Shown here piece by piece: positions 58,191 to 64,000 of a stretch of 64,000 nt of DNA. How positions within the stretch are numbered: position 1 is the first letter of the stretch; each line of letters opens with the position of its first letter. The DNA lies in the NCBI GenBank assembly GCA_963665295.1, contig OY762209.1, positions 5,120,001 to 5,184,000 on the forward strand, in the 5' to 3' direction. The stretch comes from Syntrophorhabdaceae bacterium (lineage in GTDB: Bacteria; Desulfobacterota; Syntrophorhabdia; Syntrophorhabdales; Syntrophorhabdaceae). The notes beneath the pieces are model-generated. The model saw nothing but the letters and a program-made list of their open reading frames with translations, did not search any database and was not told the DNA's origin. Both the position numbers and the translations under genes were made by a program.

Positions 58191-59387
58191 ATGCCGGTTC
58201 GGATGCCCGTAATAAGATTACTCACCCTGTTTGTTGCCATAGTCTTCACTTTCTCCACTCCTTTTCCCTCTTACGGAGCGAATAAGCCTCCTGTCAAAGT
58301 GGCGGCCCTCTATAACGTCACCGGAGGCATGGCGTCCATCGATGCCCCTGCCATGAACGGCGCGAAGCTTGCGGCCAAGCTGGCCAACGCCCGGGGAGGT
58401 GTGCTCGGGGGACGGATGATCGACATCGTTCCCTTTGACACGAGGACCGACCTCAAGGCAGCCTCGTCGGCAGCGGCAACTGCGGCGAAGATGGATGTTA
58501 TCGCCGGGGTAGGCTACGGAGATTCCGATTTCGTGCTGGCGGCCGCCCCCTATTTCCAGGTTCAGGGGGTCCCCTTCGTGACGTCGGGCGCTACGGACCC
58601 GTCCCTCCCGAGAAGGATCGGAAACCGCCTCTTCCTCGCAGCATTCGGGGACGACGACCAGGCCTCGGTACTCGCGGAATTCGCATACGAGCAACTCAAG
58701 GCAAGGCGGATCGTCATTTTGACGGACAGCACCACTGATTTCACGAAAACCCTCTCCCGCTTCTTCAGGGACCGTTTTGAGTCGCGGGGTGGTAAAATCG
58801 AGGAAGAAGCATTCTTCAAGTCGGGTGACACGAATTTTTCCGGCCTCACCGCGAGAATCAAGAGCGCCCGTCCCAAGCCGGACTGCGTGCTCGTCGCAAG
58901 CGGACCGGGGGAAGCGGGGCTCCTGGTCAAACAGATTCGAGGAGCGGGTATCACAGTACCCATACTGGGCGGCGACAGCTTCGACACGGACCTGGTCCTT
59001 TCCGTTCCCGGTCCGGAACTCGCAAACCAGGTGTTTTTCTCCTGCCATCTGTTCCCGGGGGACAAGCGTCCCGAAGCCCTCAATTTCGAGGCCGCCTATC
59101 AGCGCGAATATGGCGTCGCTCCTCCCAATGCCTTCGCGGCCCTGGGATACGATGCAGTCGGGCTCATCATAGACGCGATCAAGCGGGCCGATACCGCAGA
59201 TGTGGACCTCGTTGCAACGGCCCTGTCCAAAACCAACGGATATGACGGTGTCACGGGTCGGATATCTTACCTCACCAGACCGGGAACACCGATGAAACCG
59301 GTTTCCATCGTGGGTATCAAGAACGGCAGAAAAGAACTCATGGGGGTCTGGGAGGCAACCTATTTTGCCGTATCCTACTCTCACTGA
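58191..59387 (+). CDS. ABC transporter substrate-binding protein (LivJ/branched-chain type)
   Basis: Signal peptide, NARGGVLG, SGATDP, FGDD.Q, ALGYDA, GVTGRI. Confidence 0.9.
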   Translation: MPVRMPVIRLLTLFVAIVFTFSTPFPSYGANKPPVKVAALYNVTGGMASIDAPAMNGAKLAAKLANARGGVLGGRMIDIVPFDTRTDLKAASSAAATAAKMDVIAGVGYGDSDFVLAAAPYFQVQGVPFVTSGATDPSLPRRIGNRLFLAAFGDDDQASVLAEFAYEQLKARRIVILTDSTTDFTKTLSRFFRDRFESRGGKIEEEAFFKSGDTNFSGLTARIKSARPKPDCVLVASGPGEAGLLVKQIRGAGITVPILGGDSFDTDLVLSVPGPELANQVFFSCHLFPGDKRPEALNFEAAYQREYGVAPPNAFAALGYDAVGLIIDAIKRADTADVDLVATALSKTNGYDGVTGRISYLTRPGTPMKPVSIVGIKNGRKELMGVWEATYFAVSYSH

Positions 59388-59455
59388 AAGAGACCTGACC
59401 CATTTCCACCGGGCATATACGCCCCTATGAAGGACATATTCCAAGGGAGGCAATC

Positions 59456-59737
59456 ATGAAAACGAGCAGCGTTGAAGGAAGCGGCGGCAGCGATATCATG
59501 GTCTACACCTTGAGCACCTGTGTCTGGTGCAAAAAAGTGAAACAGTTTCTCGACGACCTCGGGGTCGGATACCGGTATGTGGACGTGGACGGCCTTGCCG
59601 GTCAGGACAGAGAGGAAGCGCTCGAGGAGATGAAGCGTTGGAACCCCGGGTGTTCGTTCCCGTCTGTCGTTATCAATCAGGCTACGTGCATAGTCGGCTT
59701 CGACGCGGAAAAGATAAAGGCGGCCCTTACGCAATGA
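59456..59737 (+). CDS. Glutaredoxin-like protein (CVWC)
   Basis: [22 protein letters not shown]. Confidence 0.9.
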   Translation: MKTSSVEGSGGSDIMVYTLSTCVWCKKVKQFLDDLGVGYRYVDVDGLAGQDREEALEEMKRWNPGCSFPSVVINQATCIVGFDAEKIKAALTQ

Positions 59738-60246
59738 CAGGGGACGGAACAGGGGACGGTCTCCACATAAGCGGACGGTGCGAGACCCTCCGCAAGGAAG
59801 CGGAGGCATCGGGCTACCATCTGAACGGGGACGAGTCTTTCGTCAGGGAACTGGCGGAAGGGCTCATGGCGAACGAAAAAAGGTACGGCTATCCCTCATG
59901 TCCCTGCCGCCTCGCATCAGGCGACAAGGAGGATGACCTCGACATCATCTGCCCGTGCGATTATAGAGACTCCGATCTCGACGAGTACGGTGCTTGCTTC
60001 TGTGCCCTCTATGTCTCCCGTGCAGCGCTCGATGGGTCTCAACCCCTTGGTTCCATCCCCGAGAGACGGCCGGCGCCGGACGAAAGGAAGCGGAGGAAAC
60101 CGCGGCCGGGCGGAGAAAGAGACTCCGCCCTTCCCTATCCCGTGTGGCGATGCAAGGTCTGCGGCTATCTGTGCGCCCGTGACGAACCGCCTGAGAGCTG
60201 CCCCATATGTAAGGCGAAGAAGGAACGATTCGAGAGGTTCCTTTAG
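59734..60246 (+). CDS. Ferredoxin:thioredoxin reductase catalytic domain fused to C-terminal rubredoxin-like domain (FDR-type)
   Basis: CPCR, CPC, CFC motifs; WRCKVCGY...CPIC; ATGA overlap with glutaredoxin. Confidence 0.88.
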   Translation: MTGDGTGDGLHISGRCETLRKEAEASGYHLNGDESFVRELAEGLMANEKRYGYPSCPCRLASGDKEDDLDIICPCDYRDSDLDEYGACFCALYVSRAALDGSQPLGSIPERRPAPDERKRRKPRPGGERDSALPYPVWRCKVCGYLCARDEPPESCPICKAKKERFERFL

Positions 60247-60251
60247 CCCCC

Positions 60252-61547
60252 ATGAAACTGAAGTACGGCCTCGACGAAACCCCGCCCCTTTTCGAAAATA
60301 TCCTTTTCGGTCTTCAGTGGCTCGCCATATCGGTCCCCGGGATCATAATCCTCGGAAAGATCGTGGGGAGCCTCCATGTGAGCGACCCCTACTACCAGAT
60401 CATCTACCTGCAGAAGATGTATTTTGTCACGGGTATCACCCTCTTCTGCCAGGTCATGTGGGGCCACCGGCTGCCCTTGATAACCGGTCCCTCCACGGTA
60501 CTTCTCATAGGCGTGATCACGGCGGGCGGCTTCAGCCTCAACGCGGTGTACGGGTCCGTGGCCCTGGGCGGAGCCCTTCTTTTTCTCGTGAGCGTTCTGG
60601 GGGTTTTCGGCCATATCCGGAAGCTCTTTACCCCGAGGGTCGTTGCCGCTGTGCTTCTTCTTATCGCGGTGACCCTTACCCCCGCCATCATAAGGCTCCT
60701 CACCACGAGCGATCGGGCGGCCACGGTTCCGGTAAACCTTTCCTTCGCCATGGTCGTCATATGTCTCATGTTTCTCCTCTACCGGCATCTCAAAGGCATA
60801 TGGAAATCGACCATCATCATATGGTCCATGACCGGTGCCACCGTCCTCTACCTCCTTCTCTTTCCCCTCGCACGGGGAACGGCAAAGGGCGCTCCTCATG
60901 CCCTCGTAGCCCCTTTTTTTCACGGGCTCACATCGGGACCGGACTTCCAGCCGGGGGTTATCATTTCATTTCTCTTCTGTTTCTTCGCCCTCTCGGTAAA
61001 CGACATCGGCTCCATCCAGTCCATATCGGAGATGCTCAAACCGGGAGAGCCTGAAAAACGGCTCAACAAGGGGATCACCGTCACTGGCCTGGCGAATGTC
61101 CTCTCCGGGATTCTCGGGGTCATCGGGCCCGTGAATTTTTCCCTCAGTCCGGGTGTCATAATGGCAAGCGGCTGTGCGTCGAGGTATGCCCTGGTTCCCA
61201 CCGCCATCGGACTTACGGCGCTGGCCTTCTCTCCTCTCGCGATGAGCTTCATGGGCAGCGTCCCTCCCGTGGTAATAGGGACTATGCTCGTGTACATACT
61301 CTGCTATCAGGTCGCGGCTGCCCTCATGGTCCTCTTCGAACCCGGCAAGGCCTTTCCCTTGGAGTCGGGCCTCGTCATAGGCTTCCCGCTCCTCCTGGGC
61401 GCCATCTTTTCGTTCCTCCCCGAAGACGCGATACGCACCTTCCCCACCCTCATAAGGCCTCTCATCGGCAACGGCTTCGTCATAGGCGTGCTGGCGAGTC
61501 TCATACTGGAACACCTCATATTCACGAAGACCTCCGCGACAAAATAG
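60252..61547 (+). CDS. NCS2/xanthine-uracil family permease
   Basis: LKYGLDETPP, GLQW, GHRLP..GPS, ~13 TMs. Confidence 0.85.
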   Translation: MKLKYGLDETPPLFENILFGLQWLAISVPGIIILGKIVGSLHVSDPYYQIIYLQKMYFVTGITLFCQVMWGHRLPLITGPSTVLLIGVITAGGFSLNAVYGSVALGGALLFLVSVLGVFGHIRKLFTPRVVAAVLLLIAVTLTPAIIRLLTTSDRAATVPVNLSFAMVVICLMFLLYRHLKGIWKSTIIIWSMTGATVLYLLLFPLARGTAKGAPHALVAPFFHGLTSGPDFQPGVIISFLFCFFALSVNDIGSIQSISEMLKPGEPEKRLNKGITVTGLANVLSGILGVIGPVNFSLSPGVIMASGCASRYALVPTAIGLTALAFSPLAMSFMGSVPPVVIGTMLVYILCYQVAAALMVLFEPGKAFPLESGLVIGFPLLLGAIFSFLPEDAIRTFPTLIRPLIGNGFVIGVLASLILEHLIFTKTSATK

Positions 61548-61727
61548 GTCCGGCCTCGAAAGCAGGGGAGACATAATGGGATTCCGGTTTCGGACGCAGC
61601 GAAAGGTGGAGCGCAGGTCAGGGGGAGACTTCTTTTAGGCAGTCCGGATAGTCGGGTTAGGGATGCCCTTTTGCACAGGTACGCCCGGTGTCCGGGCATG
61701 TGGCCCTTTGACTTGATCGTGAATTAA

Positions 61728-61759
61728 AGGGAGGGAAGGCGCCTTCGCCTTCCCTCCCT
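61728..61759. terminator. Terminator hairpin between convergent genes
   Basis: AGGGAGGGAAGGCG-CCTT-CGCCTTCCCTCCCT; T-rich tail on minus strand. Confidence 0.7.
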
Positions 61760-61816
61760 CGTTGATACTTATCATCAGTTGAGGCCCCGGACGCGGCCCC
61801 GTGTCTCTGTCTTTAC

Positions 61817-62560
61817 CTATTTGCCGCCGCCCATTCCCGGCTGCCCCTGGGGCAGTGTGCTGGTATCGTATACTGCAACGATACGCACGTTCTGGTAGCG
61901 GTGCTCGACCTGGGCCGATTCACCCTTGGGGGCATACATGTCGCCGATGCCTGTGACCTTGTAAAATGTGTGAGGCACGTTCACCAGGTACTGGTCAATA
62001 ATGGGAAGGGGCGCTTCCGAACGGGCGACGCTCAGCTTTTTGTTGTTCTGCGCGTTCCCGATGGCGGACGCACTCCCGATGGAGAGGAGAATGACCTTCC
62101 TGCCGCGGCTGGACCGCGAGAGGAAATCGAGGAAACCGATGAGGCGTTGTGTCTGCATGTGATCCAGGATGTGTGACCCGGTCTTGAAGAACAGCGTTAT
62201 CTGACCGGTGCCCTGTTCGTTCGAGAGTTTCTCGAGTTTTGCCAACGACTGCTGGGCTGTCTGCAATTCCTTGTTCTCCGTGGACTGCAACTCTGCCATG
62301 CGTTTGTCTTCCTTGTTGAGGTGTCCCTGCAACTTGTCGAATTCCTTCATGCTGTTGTTGTTCGCGTCCACCACTTCCCTTGCAAGGGCATCCGCCTGTT
62401 CTCCCGAGGCTGCGCCTGTCCACGTGCTCTTGGGTACGGTAACCTGCTGCTGCCCGCTGGGTTGCTGCATCGAGATAACCTGGGGTTGGGTGGCGCATCC
62501 GCCAAGAACCATTGTGCCGACGAGGACCGCCATTGCCGATAAAATTGCTTTTCCCTTCAT
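61817..62560 (-). CDS. Lipoprotein with coiled coil and divergent OmpA-like C-terminal domain
   Basis: Lipobox LGGC; LFFKTGS..L, GSAS.IG...NKKLS.ARS, G.GD, QNVRI. Confidence 0.75.
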   Translation of the reverse strand: MKGKAILSAMAVLVGTMVLGGCATQPQVISMQQPSGQQQVTVPKSTWTGAASGEQADALAREVVDANNNSMKEFDKLQGHLNKEDKRMAELQSTENKELQTAQQSLAKLEKLSNEQGTGQITLFFKTGSHILDHMQTQRLIGFLDFLSRSSRGRKVILLSIGSASAIGNAQNNKKLSVARSEAPLPIIDQYLVNVPHTFYKVTGIGDMYAPKGESAQVEHRYQNVRIVAVYDTSTLPQGQPGMGGGK

Positions 62561-62666
62561 TCTTTGCCTCCTGTAGTATTTCAGCCGTCGATGACGACCT
62601 GTATACCTTGCGATAACCGGACTTCTCTGGGAACGTAACGACGAGGAATATCTTGTCTCTTTTATG

Positions 62667-62694
62667 ATTATATCGTTTCTCCTTGGCCTGTCAA
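62667..62694 (-). promoter_or_regulatory. sigma70 promoter of the lipoprotein gene
   Basis: TTGACA-N16-TATAAT on minus strand. Confidence 0.75.
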
Positions 62695-62834
62695 GTCAAA
62701 TCCTGTGCTGCTCTTCAAAAACCCGGCATGGTCTTTCATAAAGCCGCCGGAAGAAAGCCTTTGGAGGTCATCGAATATTACCGGGTCGGCGTTGGGGTGT
62801 GAAGCGGGCTTACCGTTGCGGCGGGTTACGAGAG

Positions 62835-62859
62835 GGGCCGCCCGTTGACCGGGCGGCCC
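62835..62859 (-). terminator. Hairpin after FKBP gene
   Basis: GGGCCGCCCG-TTGAC-CGGGCGGCCC; weak U-tract. Confidence 0.5.
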
Positions 62860-62891
62860 GATGGATTACTTCCTTGGATTAATTCCCGGGA

Positions 62892-63602
62892 TTATTTCTT
62901 GTCACCCTTCTCCGCCTCTTTGACGGAAACCAACTCCATTTCAAAAACAAGGGCGGAGTTGGGCGGGATAACCCCCGCCGTGCGATCGCCATAGGCCAAT
63001 TCGGGCGGAACAAAGAGTTGCCACTTTGAACCCTCCTTCATCAACAAAAGGGCTTCTTTCCAGCCCGGAATCACCTTATCGATCCGGACGGTCATGGGCA
63101 ATCCCTTCTTGTAAGTGCTGTGGAATTCGGTGCCGTTGATATAGGAGGCCGTGTAACCGATGGTAACCTCATCGGCAGACTTCGGCGCCTTTCCCTTCCC
63201 CTCTTTGAGCACTTTGTACTGAAGGCCGCTGGGAAGGGCTACCACTCCTTCCTTCTTCTTGTTTGCTTCCATGAAGGCCTTGCTCGCGGCCAGGTTCTTT
63301 TCCGCTTTCTCTTTCAATTCCTTCTGACGGACCGCCGCAACCCTTGTCTGAATCTCGGACACCACTTTCTTGATGTCTTCCTGGCTGAGGGCCGGTTTCT
63401 TTCCGCCGAGGGCGTCCTTGATTCCCGAGGTATAAACATCTATGTTGATATCGAGGTTCTGGGTTTTCAGGCTCTGCCCAAACTGGTACCCCAGACTATA
63501 GCTCTCCTTATCCTTTTGGTTCTTCGGTTGCGCGGTTTCTGCCGCGAAACAAAAGCTCGAAAAGAGGCAAACACTCATAATAGCGACGAGGATATGTTTC
63601 AT
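62892..63602 (-). CDS. FKBP-type peptidyl-prolyl isomerase (Mip/FkpA-like)
   Basis: Signal peptide, SYSLG, SGLQYKVL.EG.G, VIPGW.EAL, PPELAYG, IPPNS.L.FE.EL. Confidence 0.92.
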   Translation of the reverse strand: MKHILVAIMSVCLFSSFCFAAETAQPKNQKDKESYSLGYQFGQSLKTQNLDINIDVYTSGIKDALGGKKPALSQEDIKKVVSEIQTRVAAVRQKELKEKAEKNLAASKAFMEANKKKEGVVALPSGLQYKVLKEGKGKAPKSADEVTIGYTASYINGTEFHSTYKKGLPMTVRIDKVIPGWKEALLLMKEGSKWQLFVPPELAYGDRTAGVIPPNSALVFEMELVSVKEAEKGDKK

Positions 63603-63744
63603 TTCAAATCTCCCTATGTTTGGTTTTACTCGATAAGAGTAATTCTACATCGAAAATAAGCAGTCCCTTCCACCATGTCAAGTCAGCCGCCGCCAACACG
63701 TAAAGGCCGCCACGCAGGTAAGGTCACGCCCTGACCGGGTCTGC

Positions 63745-64000
63745 CTATTTGCTGCACATCCCCACGGACCCCTCTTTACAACTATTCCCATCAGTCCACG
63801 TGGCGCCCACGAGGTCCGCGTCGGCCAGGGATGCACCCGTAAGTTCCGCCGAGAGAAGGCTCGCCCGGTCGAAGGTTCCACTGTCCAGAGTCGCTCCCGT
63901 AAGGATTGCTCGCTCGAGGTTCGCGCCGGTGAAGGTCGCATGGGAAAGGTCCGCCCGGGAAAGGTTGGCCCCGCGGAGGTTCGCGCCGCGCAAATCCACG
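63745..64000 (-). CDS. Pentapeptide repeat protein (5' end outside window)
   Basis: ANLRG/ANLSR/ADLSH repeats, ends ATWTDG..C..GS.G.C. Confidence 0.85.
   Translation of the reverse strand, partial: VDLRGANLRGANLSRADLSHATFTGANLERAILTGATLDSGTFDRASLLSAELTGASLADADLVGATWTDGNSCKEGSVGMCSK

Noticed and set aside
1..64000. CRISPR array, tRNA, rRNA, prophage, integron or defence system
   Set aside because: No regularly spaced repeats, cloverleafs, rRNA-like tracts, integrase, phage or defence genes recognised by eye.

Overview
A gene-dense, roughly 58-60% GC (by eye) bacterial chromosomal segment. Gene content suggests an anaerobic Desulfobacterota, possibly Syntrophorhabdus-like; this is inference only. 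Housekeeping and metabolic genes include mobA (partial), thiDN-thiC-xseA, nadC-nadA-nadB, a MacAB/FtsX-type ABC exporter, a large GH13 alpha-amylase-family gene, ilvB with a Val/Leu/Ile leader-peptide attenuator, satP, glutaredoxin with an FTR-rubredoxin, an NCS2 permease and an FKBP. There are also several signalling proteins with odd architectures. One complete IS1380-family element lies at 36656-38447, with 15-bp imperfect TIRs and a CGCA target duplication. The ORF track misses a HesB/IscA-like selenoprotein with an in-frame TGA (41242-41553). The most interesting region is a ~13.5 kb divergent cluster at 41680-55127. It contains an ArsS-like radical SAM enzyme, a TIGR04282-TIGR04283 fusion, a B12-radical SAM enzyme, two exported rhodaneses, a beta-barrel, a CCG oxidoreductase fused to a DedA/VTT domain, two GT2s and a GT-C, but no arsM. 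It is a candidate uncharacterised pathway for an arsenic-, sulfur- or selenium-containing glycoconjugate. Three genes have sigma70 promoters placed for leaderless translation. Two unrelated secreted proteins share the same C-terminal anchoring module. No rRNA, tRNA, CRISPR array, reverse transcriptase or prophage was seen. All family assignments come from motif recognition by eye, not from database searches.
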